DNA from: Octopus vulgaris
Taxonomy: Eukaryota
DNA: 64,000 nt
Assembly (NCBI GenBank): GCA_951406725.2
Contig: OX597830.1
Span: 27,838,001 to 27,902,000, forward strand
Direction: 5' to 3'
The notes beneath the pieces are model-generated. The model did not search any database and had not been told where the DNA came from. It was given only the letters and a program-made list of their open reading frames with translations. Both the position numbers and the translations under genes were made by a program. Of the stretch, positions 16,164-29,730 are shown piece by piece (positions within the stretch are counted from its first letter, which is position 1; every line of letters starts with the position of its first letter).

Positions 16164-16530
16164 GGAGGTGCAATGGCTCAATGGTTAGTGCAGCGGACTC
16201 GCGGTCGTAGGATGCGGTTTCGATTCCCAAATCGGGCGTTGTGAGTGTTTATTGAGCGAAAACACCTAAAGCTCCAAGTGACTCCGGCAGTGGGTTGTGG
16301 CGAACCCTGCTGTTCTCTTTCACCACTACTTTCTCTCACTCTTTCTTCCTGTTTCTATTTCAAGGGGCCAGCCTAGTCACACTCTGTGTCACACTGAATC
16401 TCACCGAGATATACGTAAAGGGTACACGTGTCTGTGGAGTGCTCAGCCACTTGCACGTTAATTTCACGGGCAGGCTGTTCCGTTGGTCGGATCAACTGAA
16501 ACTCTCGTCATCCTAACCGACGGAGTGCCA
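16164..16530 (+). mobile_element. Full-length tRNA-derived SINE (GGAGGTGCAATGGCTCA head; tail ...AACCGACGGAGTGCCA)
   Basis: Pol III A box TGGCTCAATGG and B-box-like GTTTCGATTCC; relatives at 18955-19154 (+), 34551-34830 (+) and 56373-56740 (-). Confidence 0.85.
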
Positions 16531-16838
16531 CGACGATATATATATATACATACGTACGTACAAACCCATGTATATATAAAGCATAAATAGATAAATCTAC
16601 GTGCTGTATGTTTCATCGAATTGTACCTCAGTACTTTCTACCACCTACAATCTTCTGATGATTGCCTAGGGCAGGAAACGTTGAGTGATGCGATGTAAAA
16701 TGGCTACAACTATTAACTGCAATAAATTTCTGCTATATGAGGTATCGAGTTGCCATTACCTTATTCATAGCAACATATGTAAATATCATACACACACACA
16801 TATATGTATGTGTATATATATATATATATATAAGTATA

Positions 16839-16890
<52 letters not shown>

Positions 16891-16910
16891 TATATGTATA
16901 TATATATATG

Positions 16911-16994
<84 letters not shown>

Positions 16995-17660
16995 TACATA
17001 TGTGTGTGTGTGTTCCTGTGTGTTTGTTGATGAGAAAGAGAGAGAGAGAAAATTATTAGAATCCTATACTTAGCGCGTTGCGCCATTAGGACTACAATTT
17101 ACTAATAGCAATACAGCTGGACTAAAAATATACTGATACGTTTAATCTTGAATATCATTTTCGAACGGGAACAGGGAAAAGATTATAAGTTACAAGAGAA
17201 TAAAATAAAATAGAAATAGACATACACTGCTGATAAAGAGTCACACACATATGAAAACATATACGCAGGCGTACGCGTGGCTATATACACACGCTCCGTA
17301 ATAGTACATTTTGGAATCTCGCGCTGAGATAACCGACAAGACAAAACTACAAAAGTTTACAATCCCTTAGGATTGTCGCTGCTCCTATTTAATGGGATGA
17401 ATATATATATATATATAGATAACCATTAATACAACCAGTAATTTGGGCTTTAGTTAATAACATAAATACATGATAGATATGAATAGAAATTTGGGATTCT
17501 TATGAGTTGTTCTACCGTTGTAGTTCTACTGAAAATTTTATTAAAGTGAATTTCCTCTGTAAGTAGGAAGTCAAAATGGCCTTGTGAGTTTCTATCGGAT
17601 ATGTGCAGAGAAAGTGCAGAGAAATTAGTGCAATGCTGTCGTCAATTTTACAAAGTTCCC

Positions 17661-17760
17661 TCGTTGATTACAGTGCTTTGTGGTTCTTGATTTGTAGGTA
17701 GTCATTGATTACAGAGCTGTGTGGTTTCTCATTTGTATTTAAGCCATTGTTTACAGCGCT
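17661..17760. repeat. Degenerate minisatellite of about 42 bp, 2.4 copies
   Basis: TCGTTGATTACAGTGCTTTGTGGTT / TCATTGATTACAGAGCTGTGTGGTT / CCATTGTTTACAGCGCT. Confidence 0.75.
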
Positions 17761-18844
17761 ACATGTATCTTAGTATATATTTTGATGCAGCAGGTCGTGT
17801 GAGACCTAAAAGCATTTTGTCACAAAGTCAAACTAGTGTTCATAACAAGGTGTACACTTGATATTCATAAGCTAGTTGTCCGATAATCCTAGCGATGTGG
17901 TTGCTACATTAATATAAAAGTTGATAACAAAACAATGAATTATATGTTCTAAGTAATACTGATTCTGCAGACAACAGAAGAAACCTTTATGAAGTTACTC
18001 AAACCTTCAAATATAGTCGTAATATTTCCCCAAGACACCTATTGAAGGCTGGAGAGTATATCAGCCGAAATGTTGCGTTAACAACAAACAAGATGAGGAC
18101 TAATATCTGTCAATTGTAAGTAATGTAAATATTGTAACTAATGTAAATGATGTACATAATTTCTCATCTCTTAAATATAGAACAAAATCTGTTGTTTACA
18201 ATTTAGACGCACGGATACCAGTTTTGGGGAGAAACGGGGTAACCGGTTCAGTTGAGTGCATCGACTCTAGTTCTAGTCTTATACTTTGTTTCATCGACCA
18301 CAGAGAGAGGCAAGGAAAAGCTGATCTCTGTTGGATTTCAACTCTGCCGACTTAAACATATGGGGCATGCAGTTTTTAAGGTGGGTGTGATTTACGTCCA
18401 CCACAATACCTGACTGGTACTTGTTTTATCGACAACAAAGAGATGAAAAATAAAGTTGGACGGAATGTCGCTATGCAACTTTTGTCCCGGGCGCTAACCG
18501 CTTTTCCAGCTCACTGTCTTCAACATCAGCACAAATATCAACGATAAGAGCAATTTTGGGGGAGTCAATCAACCCCAGTTTTTAACTGGTACTTTTTTTT
18601 ATAGGCTTCAGAAGGATAAAAAGCAAAGTCGGCCCTGGCGAACAGGTGCTACTGTGCCACGCAACAAGTTAATTAGCGTGTTGACACAGAAAAGCAATTG
18701 ACTAAATCAACTATATTATAAGCTTGATGATTCATTGCATTGATTCCTGAAGGATGAAAGTCAAAGGGATTTGAACTAGGAAGTAATCCCACAAGACGCT
18801 ATAGCAATTTAAAACATTCAACGTTCTCAGCATATACATATACA

Positions 18845-18902
<58 letters not shown>

Positions 18903-18954
18903 CTTATATATACACATACAGTCACAAACAAAAAATATTTTATTTATTTATAGT

Positions 18955-19154
18955 GGAGGTGCAATGGCTCAGTGGTTAGTGCAGCGGACTCGCGGTCGTA
19001 GGATCGCGGTTTCAATTCCCAGATCGGGCGTTGTGAGTGTTTATTGAGCGAAAACACCTAAAGCTCCACGTGACTCCGGCAGTAGGTTGTGGCGAACCCT
19101 GCTGTTTTCTTTCACCGCTACTTTCTCTCACTCTTTCTTCCTGTTTCTATTTCA
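18955..19154 (+). mobile_element. 3'-truncated SINE copy within a local duplication of about 16080-16363
   Basis: Shares the upstream flank CACATACAGTCACAAACAAAA..TATTTATTTATAGT with the 16164 copy. Confidence 0.85.
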
Positions 19155-19734
19155 AAGCGTACTCCTTGGAAATGCCACATACAAATGCTCGTACTTCTGT
19201 ATTGATGCACCTTCAAAAGACTGTTCCATTTTTTTTTTTGCTTTCTGTGAAGATAATTTTTATGTCTTCAATTTCCTTCCATACTTATATTCGTTCAAGC
19301 TTTAATGCTCGAGTGTGTCTCACGTGAAAGATATTGAATATATCTTTGATTTCTCTCCATACTTAGTAATTGTTGAAGTCGTCATTCTCGAACATATTTT
19401 GCCATGTTGAAAATGTTATGTCGTCGATTTCTGTTCAGATTTAAGTTTGTTAAGTGTGTATACTTGAACAAATTTCGCCGAGTGAGATGTGTCGATTATG
19501 TCTTCGATGTGGTTCCATATTTAAGCCTGCTGTCGGCGCAATACTAGAATGTGTTTCGTCAGTTGACAGATTTAAGTAATATCTATACTGCAGAAAACTG
19601 CACATGTTCAAATATGCAGTAGTAGAAGTAGAAATAGTAGTAGTAGTTGTAGTAGTAGTAGTTGTAGTAGTAAGAGTATTTGCGGAAGCAGCAGCAGTAA
19701 TGCCAGCAGCACTGACATCAGCTGTAGCAGTAAC

Positions 19735-19811
<77 letters not shown>

Positions 19812-19840
19812 TGGTGGTGGTGGTGGTGGTGGTAGTAGTA

Positions 19841-19898
<58 letters not shown>

Positions 19899-20447
19899 CA
19901 GTTAAGAAGGATGGAGGACAAGGTGAACGCAATGTCGATGATGATGATGGAGAAGACGAAGGAGAGGAAGACGATAAAGAATACGATAAAAACAAAATGG
20001 ACGGTTGCGAGAACAATAATAACGAGATGAGAAAACAAAACAGATACTAAAAACAGAAGGGAGGTAATAAAACGAAAGTAAGAGACGGACGTAGTGAAGG
20101 AGAAGGAAGAGGTTGATAATGAGAGAGAAAGAGGGTGTATGAGGAGAAATGGATATGAAATGGATGAATAATAAGATGAACGGTATGGACAAGTTGAAGG
20201 CATGATGTTAATTGTGATGAGGCATCCAAAAGTATCACCAGGGTTTCAAATAACATATGTTCATATATTTAATGTTCATATATATTTAATACTTTTTTTT
20301 TTATTACTGTTGATTTTTTTTGTTTTAATTTTAGTTGTCTCTTTTGTGTCTTTTTGTTAGAGTAATTAAAATTCGGAACGAAATGCAAATATGCCGAAAC
20401 GCAAAAGGGCTTGAATAATATTTCAATTGCTGAAGGATACGAGATTC

Positions 20448-20537
<90 letters not shown>

Positions 20538-22888
20538 ATTATAAACGATGAATATGATAATGATGATGATGATAATGATAGATAAATAAATAACCTACAC
20601 ATATAAACGAAATGAATCCTTCACAGACATGACTATGATGATGATGATTACGATGACGATAATGATGGTGATGATGATTGGTAGTCGGTATGATGTCTAT
20701 AAAAGCTATCCAAATGTAATAACCTGTAAATAAATAAAAGAAACAAAAGTATAATTAAAAAAAAAAATCATCTCCTAATAATAGGAAAGGGATTCTTAGA
20801 AATTATTTAAAAAATGCATTGTGACACATATATAACCACATTCAAAGAACGAACAGAAAAAAAACAACATAATTTACATAGACAAAAGAAAAAAATATGA
20901 TATGCGATGCACTGCTCATATAAACCACGTCGAGTATTTGCAATATTATTCAGAATATTATAGAAAAAAAAATAAAAAGTATATTTAGCCAACATAAAGA
21001 GAACTCCTCCCAGTTATGAATGAAGACTCGCTTCATGAATATAATTCCTGGAATATGAATAATAATTATTGCTGATTAAGGCACGTTGTCAGCTATTTTG
21101 AGAGGAAGAGCTAAGCTAGTAGACATCATCGATCCCTGAAATTGAGAGATACTTAATTTTATTATCCCCAAATAGATGAAAATCAATGTTAAACTATGTG
21201 GGATTTTATCTCAGAACTTATAACACCACAAAACGTAGGTATTTTCCAGATATTTGAACGATTCTGCCCGTCTTTTGCAATAACAGAAATAACTTAATTT
21301 TAGAAAGAAGGTCAACAATTTTGAGGGACGTGGACCAAATTGATCACATCAATCTCAGTGCTTGACTGGTACTTTAGGATATCTACCTCGAAAGAATAAA
21401 GGGAAAGGTTTGCTTCAGCGGGATGTGTGCTCAGAGGGCAAAACGCCAGCACAGATGTCATCAAGCATAAAATCCGACTCACTAAGGATACTGCCAGCTC
21501 GCTGCCTTGCAATAACAGTTATAATGCTTTCTACTATAGGCACAAAGCCTGAAATTTATTGGTGGTGGTGAGGGCTAGTCGATAACGTCAAGCTCAGTAC
21601 TTGATTGCTACTTATTCTATGGACCCTGAAATTATGAAAGATAAAAAATTGTTCTCAGCGGAATTTGAACACAGAACATAAAGCAGCAAGAAATACCACT
21701 AAGCATTTTCTTCGGTGTGTTAACGAATCTGCCAGTTCACCGCCTCGCAAAAGCAATAATAATATTGAGTTCAAATTTTGGCACAAGGCCAGAAATTTCA
21801 GGAGAGGAGTAAGTCAATTACAAGGATCTCACTGTTCCCCCGGTACTTCTTTTATTGGCTGAATTTGAACTCAGAGACTAGAGACGGAAGAACTACCACT
21901 AAACATTTTGCTTGGTATAGTAACGATTCTGTTAGGTCGTCGCCTTCATAGCATTAGTAATATTAAATGCTAGAGCTGAAGCCTAAAGACTTTGGTGGCA
22001 ACACCAAAGCCGAAAGCGTGCTCAATGGCAACTAGAAAATAAAATTAACTTCTAGATACATGGGACAATAATCGTATTTCTTTACTAGTTCCTTATTCTC
22101 AACAGAAAGGGAATATGTATATATTCACGGCCACACAAATAGCAAACATGTTTTTCTCTGTGACGAATGTAAAATGTCCAAAACGTTTTTTAATCTACTT
22201 CTAGCTTCAGTCTCACAGCTGTGCTTTCTTCTTTTTGACTTGGGTTTGTGGCTTTGGGTTCCGGATATTAATCTATATACACAGGCGCAACATATTAGCA
22301 GGCCTAACACACTGGAAGGTGTGCCCTCTTTATAGAAGAAATATCTGTTGCAAATAGTTGGTGCAAATACGGACTGTAAGAGAAGCGTGAGGTTGACAAG
22401 AATGCAAGTGACTTGGAACACCTCGGTTGAGACTATCAACTAATACATTACTATATAGGGGATTATAATAAACAGGACATATTTTACTTTCAAATACCAC
22501 CAGGTAATTAATATTTTACATTTGTTCTGCATCAACAGGCGATAATATGCATCTATTAAATGAGATATGAAATTATTCAAATACAAAAGTCTGGAAACAA
22601 AGTCAAACAGAATGTAAGGTTTGTATCCCGAAAGAATCCCTTTAATAAAATGTATCGAAAATGCTATCAAAAATCCAATGCTATCAAAAATGGATACGAA
22701 ACAGATGAACTAGCAAAGAAACCTACACTTGCACATATTAACAGGATAGACAGTATCGTATTACAGGCGTAGGAGTGGCTGCGTGAAAAGGCGTAGGAGT
22801 GGACGTGTGGTAAGTAGCCCGGCCTTTTGCCTCGGAGGGTAACCTTCTAGGTGCAATCCCATGGTCATTCATGACCGAAGGGAGTCTC

Positions 22889-22926
<38 letters not shown>

Positions 22927-23317
22927 GTATATATATATAAAGACTTATTTGTGACTGAGTGATACATATGGCTCAGAAATCTCAGGAATGAGAAGCATGT
23001 ACAATATTGGCATCTACGACGGTAAACTGTTTTTGACCATTGAAATATTTGCCATGGAAGACGTCCATCACCAGGTGCAGAGACCACTAACTTGAAAAAA
23101 AAACGCTCCAAGTTATAACATGCATGCGAAAGCCATAGACGGCGCTTGGGGAGTAACATTTTAAAATGTCAAAAGAGGGGCAACGTAGTCGGAAGTACAG
23201 ATGAAATACGAATCTGGTTTATTAGATCGGGTGATATGCGTGGGTGTCCCCTCCAGAGCTCAGGATGTCCCTTGGGTAAAACAGCAAAATTAATGTATCT
23301 ATGAACTCGAAGTATAA

Positions 23318-23408
<91 letters not shown>

Positions 23409-23437
23409 AATGATAATAATAATAATAATAATAATAC

Positions 23438-23800
23438 TGAAGAGGGGATACTGCAACGAAGGGATTGAAACAGTGAACCACCCAATTTCTGAGTGTAAGG
23501 ATTTATCCTCTGTGGAGAACAAATCAAGACATGACAGAGTTGGCCAACATCTACATTGGATAATGCGTCGGCATTACATTATAAAATTGAAACTTCTGAC
23601 AAATAGTACACGCATTACCCTGAGGCTGTAACTGCGGGAGAACGTAATGATTCTTTGGGACTTACAAGTATGTACAGATCGGACCATAGACTAGATATTG
23701 TGGTGAAGCACCAAAACTCTAAACTCCGTTCATTGATTGACATGAACATACCCAGTGACTATAATATCTCGGCAAAAGAATTTGATGAGTTCAGAAAATG
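23438..23800 (+). mobile_element. R4/Dong-like (RLE) non-LTR fragment: CCHC knuckle, RHD motif and PD-(D/E)xK region
   Basis: YCNEGIETVNHPISECKDLSSVENKSRHDRVGQHLHWIM, then ILWD..LDIVVK...LIDMNIPSDYNISAKEFD; starts directly after (TAA)n. Confidence 0.8.
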
Positions 23801-23909
23801 GCCTACAAGTACAAGCAGTGCGTTTTCTTCGCGGCAAGAAATGGAAACAAAATTGAAAGAAGATGTTAATGAAAATCGTAATAATAATAATAATCAGCTA
23901 TGACGATGT

Positions 23910-24189
23910 AAATTTGGGAATACGAAGATTGTGGCCAATGAGTAGAGTAGACGTGATACGAATAACATTTGACGCACTTTGAATGTATCAGCACTCAACT
24001 ACCAACACGAGTAAAAAAAATTGGTACAAGGAAGAACACCTCCAAAAATCAGTGTTGCTTAGAACTACAAGAATTCTTCGCAGGGTTCTTGAAGCATGAC
24101 CAGTAAACAAGTGTCACCTTATTTTGCTGGCTTTGGAAAGTTGACACTTTCCATCATACCCAGTAAAATAAGTTGTGATTTTTAATCAC

Positions 24190-24190
<1 letters not shown>
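23910..24190 (+). mobile_element. Second R4/Dong-like 3' end
   Basis: EHLQKSVLLRTTRILRRVLEA* followed by a short UTR and (TAA)n at 24191-24260. Confidence 0.7.
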
Positions 24191-24260
<70 letters not shown>

Positions 24261-24262
<2 letters not shown>

Positions 24263-24627
24263 ATTGAGAAATTGAAAAATGTGGCATCTCAAGGCGGTTA
24301 CAATACCAGTGATCGTAGGAGCACTAGGAATGATCAAGAAGGGAACCGAAAATTATATGAGAATGATCCCTGGCTTACCATCCCTGCAAGAAGTGCAAAA
24401 GATTGTCTTAACTGGTACATCACACGTATTGAGAAGAGCATTGTCGATGTGAGAACTGTTGCTGCTCATGTATTTTAATTTAACTTTAAAAAAAAAAATT
24501 TTTTTAAATGAACGAACTATTGAGTTTGGTTTAATGGCCTACCAATATATACTATGAGTTTCTTTGCCCTAGGAGTCGGGAAGACACTCGGCAAGAAATG
24601 GAAGTAAATTTGAAAGAAGAAAAAAGT
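24261..24627 (+). mobile_element. Third R4/Dong-like 3' end, flanked on both sides by (TAA)n
   Basis: 24279-24452 reads MWHLKAVTIPVIVGALGMIKKGTENYMRMIPGLPSLQEVQKIVLTGTSHVLRRALSM*; PVIVGALG is the RLE C-terminal motif. Confidence 0.88.
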
Positions 24628-24651
24628 AATAATAATAATAGTAATAATAAT

Positions 24652-25212
24652 AGATGCACTGATGCAGTACCAGGCAGTGGTTCTCCTAGCTTCTGATCTT
24701 AATTGATTGGAAGTGTTATCATGACATTGTTTTGTATTAGTATAAAAGTTGGGCTACAGCAAATATTCTGCTCAATATCACAGATTTGCTTGTCAGTTGT
24801 TTGACCTTAACCAGTTGAGCATGTCCCTTAATGGCTGACGATATGTGCATCTCTGAACATGACCAGAAGTAGTGGGGGAGCATCATAGCGATGTGTTGAG
24901 AGGGATTGTTTGGGGTTTGAATAATTCACCTCTGGAAACATGGTTGTTTCATTCAACATCCTTAAACAACCCTTATTCAGGGACCTTTTCAGCGAGATGG
25001 ATTATTTGACCAGAGGAAAATTCTAACTGTGCCCCACTTGCAAGGTCATGTGCTGTTTATCATAATATGAGATCACCATGTCGTGCACATATGGTTGTGA
25101 TGCATGTGCCTAGTGTACACTTATCAGACGTGTAGTCAGGATGGGTATACTGGGCTTCGTATATTTTACCCCAGTGTCACTTTGATGGCATGCAATACTC
25201 TCTCACCCAATC
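24652..25212 (+). mobile_element. Non-coding interspersed repeat of about 560 bp embedded in (TAA)n
   Basis: Flanked by AAT repeats on both sides; a second copy at 10172-10479 has the same 3' end. Confidence 0.75.
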
Positions 25213-26409
25213 ATAATATAATAATAATAATAACAGCAACAACAACAACAATAATAATAATAGTAATAATAATAATAATGCTTTCCAGTATAGGCAAAAA
25301 GCTTGAAAGTTTGGGGGAGGGAGCAAGTCGACAACATCGTCCTCCGTACTCAACTGGTACTTACATTATCGACCGTGAAAAGATGAAAAGCACAGTCGCC
25401 CTCGACAAAATTTGAACTCAGAACAAGAAGACGGACTAAGCACTTCGCTAAGCACTTCGCCCGGTGTGCTTTTAAAGACCCTGCCAACTCGCTGCGCTAT
25501 ATATAACGGCAATAACGATGATGATAATGATGATTACGATAATGATAGCAAGTATCAAGTCCTCCTCCTCCTCTCTACTCCTCCTCCTCATCATCATCAT
25601 CAAAATCAACATCGTGAAGATTCCTATGAAAACTTTAAGCACAATAACAGTAACTAGGAAGAAACAAAAAAACATGAACATCAGCTGTAAGAACATCATC
25701 AAAAAAATGACCATGAAATCGGTGACGGCAACGAAGACGTGAGAGCGAAAATATAAGAAACAATATTAACAGCCAGCTAAACAAAACTTGATATTTTCAA
25801 CATGCAAGAAAACTATAATTCTTATATTTATTTCTGCTTGTGTATATAACGTGGGTGGGTCTCTATTTGTTTTCTGTGTGTGTGTGTGTGTGTTTGTATA
25901 GATTGGTGTACGGGGGAGGATTTATTGTAATTAAACATCCTACGCATCATACACCACACATATACATATATTTTTATATCAATGAATATATACTACATAA
26001 TACACACATATATACATATATACATATATATATACATATATATGCATGAGTGTTTAGTGAGGTCTCTTAGTGAAACTCTGTATAGAGATGTGCGTATATA
26101 TATATATATATATATATATTTATGTATATATATATATTCGCGTATATGTCGTGTGCGTATGTGTTCTTGTGTGTTTGTATTTCGGGTGTGCGTAAATGTG
26201 TATAAACGTGTATGTGTATGTGTATATATGTTCGCGTGTGCCTGTGCTTGCATATATGTGTCAGTGTATATTTTTCTGCTTAATTTTTTACACTTTATTT
26301 TATCATTATCAGGAGAATATTTCATTGTTCTGTAATTTCCTTCTCTATAAAATCGTACCAAAAAAACACAAAACAAGCACACTCACGCACACAGAAGCAC
26401 ACACATTTA

Positions 26410-26443
<34 letters not shown>

Positions 26444-26712
26444 ATATGTATATATATATGAGATATGATACACACATTCACACACACACACACATACACA
26501 CACACACATATATATGTGCCAGTGTGTGTATGTATATACACTTGTTTTGTTTTTTAAAGTGAAGAAGAAACATTTCTCCTTTAGCGGTAATCTGATCTTT
26601 CTGAAAAAATAACGGACGATGATTCACATTTTTGACATTCACGCATACATATACAACACATAGAAATATATTACATACTTGCGCACACATTTGTTCAAAT
26701 ATACAAACATGG

Positions 26713-26747
<35 letters not shown>

Positions 26748-27045
26748 ACGTAATAAAAACAAATAAATACATAAATTATACTGATGATAGTGATGCTGCT
26801 GACGTTGTCGAATAAGATGATAAAATAAAGACGAATATTTATGGTGGTAGTGGTGGTGATGGCGGCGGTGGTGTTAAGGGTTATTAGTGGCAGTAGTCGT
26901 AGTAGTAGTAGTAGTAAAAAATAATAATTGTTTCTTTACACGCCACGGGAACAAAAAAAACGAACATTGTAATACAATACAATACAATATCATATAATGG
27001 ACATTTATTGGGGCCCATTTCTGCGTGTATACAAACATACATATA

Positions 27046-27105
<60 letters not shown>

Positions 27106-27108
27106 AAC

Positions 27109-27139
<31 letters not shown>

Positions 27140-27334
27140 CATAGATATGTATATGCATATATGTATACACACACATCTATATATATATTTATATATATAT
27201 ACATACACACGTATTTATATGTATATATATATAGCATATATATATATATACAGACGTTTGAACGTATGGCGAAGGTATGTATACGCACATGCATACTTGG
27301 TGATATATGTGTGTGTGTGTATGCATTATGTATG

Positions 27335-27727
27335 CATATTGCTTCCAAACGATATGGAACCGGGTTCAGCCCCACTGCGTGGCGCCTTCAGCAAGTGTCG
27401 ACATGCGCCTTGTGAGCGGGTTTGGTAGGCGTAAACTGAAAAAGCCTGTCATATATAAATGCGTATGTGTATGTGTGTGTATGCATGTGTGTGCGTGTGT
27501 GTGTGTGTGTGTGTGTTTATGTGTGTTTCTGTCTGTTTTCCTCCCACCACCAGCATCACTTAATAACAGGTGTTGATTTGTTTACATCCCCGTAACTTAA
27601 CATTTCGGCAAAAGTGACCGATAGAATAAGTACTTGGCTTACAAAGAATAAGTCCTGGGGTCGATTTGTTCGCCTAAAGGTGGTACTCCGTCATGGCCGC
27701 TATCAAATGACTGTAACAAGTAAAAAA
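27335..27727 (+). mobile_element. Diverged SINE of the internal-microsatellite family
   Basis: CCGGGTTCAGCCCCACTGCGTGGC...GATAGAATAAGTACT...AAATGACTGTAACAAGTAAAA. Confidence 0.8.
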
Positions 27728-27736
27728 GAAATGAAA

Positions 27737-27800
<64 letters not shown>

Positions 27801-28129
27801 GTAGCTACTATGTATATATATATATATGTAGCTACTATGTATGAACATGTTAACAAATATTATACATAAATGCATATAGAACTAAAATTCAAAGATATGC
27901 AAAATGGAGGATTATAGGTGACGAATTGGAAACGTTGTTGATGATTACATTATTGGTGGTGATGAAGATGATGTTGATGATGATGGAGATTTTTTCTTCT
28001 TCAATTATGTTCAGCGAATTTAAGTATTTAAATTCTGGCTCTTATGAAGAGTCTAGTTTCTGACATCAATACAAAACTCCATTGTTGGAATGTTGCTAAT
28101 AAAAACAATTCTAAACTCGAGAAACATTA

Positions 28130-28330
28130 TGAACTTGAGAAAATATTGCATATATTATTGTATCTTCTAACGTGCAAGCTGGTTGATTTCTTTTCCTGAA
28201 AATCCTGGCTTATTGAGTAGTTTACTTAGGCATTTACTTACAAAACCTAGCGCCCCCATTATTATTGGTATAAATCCAAATTTATCATCTAGGTATATGA
28301 GATTTGAGATTTCAAAGAACTTCTCTATAG
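28130..28330 (-). mobile_element. RLE non-LTR C-terminal fragment
   Basis: NLIYLDDKFGFIPIIMGALGFVSKCLSKLLNKPGFS; same motif as at 37300-37400. Confidence 0.7.
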
Positions 28331-28348
28331 TTATATATATGGGTTTAT

Positions 28349-28416
<68 letters not shown>

Positions 28417-28599
28417 ATGTGTATTGGTATATATAAAAATTAGTGTACGTTTACATGTTTCTATATCAGTGTGTATGTATGTTTACATATGTATATGTAA
28501 ATCCATGTACGTCTGTTTAAACTATATTATGTTATTTGCGAATACCCAATGCATATTAATTGAAAACTCTCCTAAAGGAGTGTAACACAGAGGAGAGAA

Positions 28600-29730
28600 G
28601 GGAGGACGTCTTGGAAAATTCGAAGGAGGGGGAAAGAGGAGAAAGGGGTTGAAGGACTCTCTGGAAAAGTCCGAAGGGACGAAGGGGAGAGGACTGACTT
28701 CCTGGAAATCTCGAAGGTGGGGTGAGTGGAAAAGTGTGAGGGGTGAGTGGGACTTCATGGAAAATTCCAACGAAAGGGAGAAAGGGCTTCCCGGAAAAGT
28801 CCGAGGAGGTTGGAAAAGTACAAGGAGTGGGGAAGGGGAGAATGTCCTCTGTGGAAAAGTCCGAGAAGGGGTGATCGGGACTTCTTTGAAAATTTCCTGG
28901 AGGGGAGGAAGAGGAGGAAAGATTTCCCCCTCTTCCAAAAAGTTGTGGATTTCCTGGAAAAGTCCGAGGATAGGAAGGAAGTGGAGGAGGGGAGGAATGA
29001 ATTCCCGGAACATCCGTGCACTTCATGGAAAAGTCAAATAAGGAGGAAGGATCCTTGAAAAGAGCGAGGCCCTCATGGAACCGTCTAAGAAATTTCTACA
29101 AAGTCCAAGGAGGGGAGAAATGGGAGGACGGGGAGGAAGCACTTCCTAGAAACGTTCGACGAGTGAAATGAATGACTTTCCTGAAATGGTCGGATGAGAG
29201 GGATGGGGGAAGGAGAAGGAAGTACTTCCTGGAAAAGTACGCGGCATGGAGTAGGGGGCGGAAGGGCTTCATGGAAAAGTCTAAGGAAGCGGACGAGGAG
29301 GATGGGGAGGAAGGACTTCCTGGAAAAGTCCGAGGAGGGTAGGACAAGAAGGTGGGGAGGAAGACTTCCTGGAAAAGTTCTAGGACTTCCTGGAAAAGAT
29401 CGATGAGTGGGAGAGAGGGGAGGAAGTGGAGGTGAACTTCCTCGAAAAGTTCGAAGATGGGGACGAAGGGGAGGAAGATGAGGAAGGACTTCCTTGAAAC
29501 GTCCAAGGAGGGGAAGGAAGTGGAGGTGTGGTGATGGACTTCTTGGAAAAGACCGAGGAGAGTCCGAGAAGAGTAGGAGTGGGAGGACGGACTTCCTAGA
29601 AAAGTTCGAGGAGGAGGAGGAATGCGAGGAAAAGGAGGAAGGACTTCCTGGAAAATTCCGAGTAGGGGTGGGTACTTCTTGGAAAATATCAAGGGCGGGG
29701 AGGAGACAGGGAAGAAGGCGAGGAAGCGAT
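28600..29730. repeat. Purine-rich array of about 26 degenerate palindromic units (consensus GGACTTCCTGGAAAAGTCCGAGG) with variable G/A-rich spacers
   Basis: Units counted by eye; exact GGACTTCCTGGAAAAGTCC at about 29313; spacing about 20-70 bp. Confidence 0.9.

Noticed and set aside
16164-16240. tRNA-like sequences (also 32780-32857, 34551-34625, 43791-43880)
   Set aside because: These are SINE heads that run into SINE bodies and lack a complete cloverleaf and acceptor stem; they are not tRNA genes
19157-19610. Possible old L1/Tx1 ORF2 remnant on the minus strand (VWREIKDIF...EGASIQ)
   Set aside because: Multiple stops and only weak motif resemblance; needs a translated search
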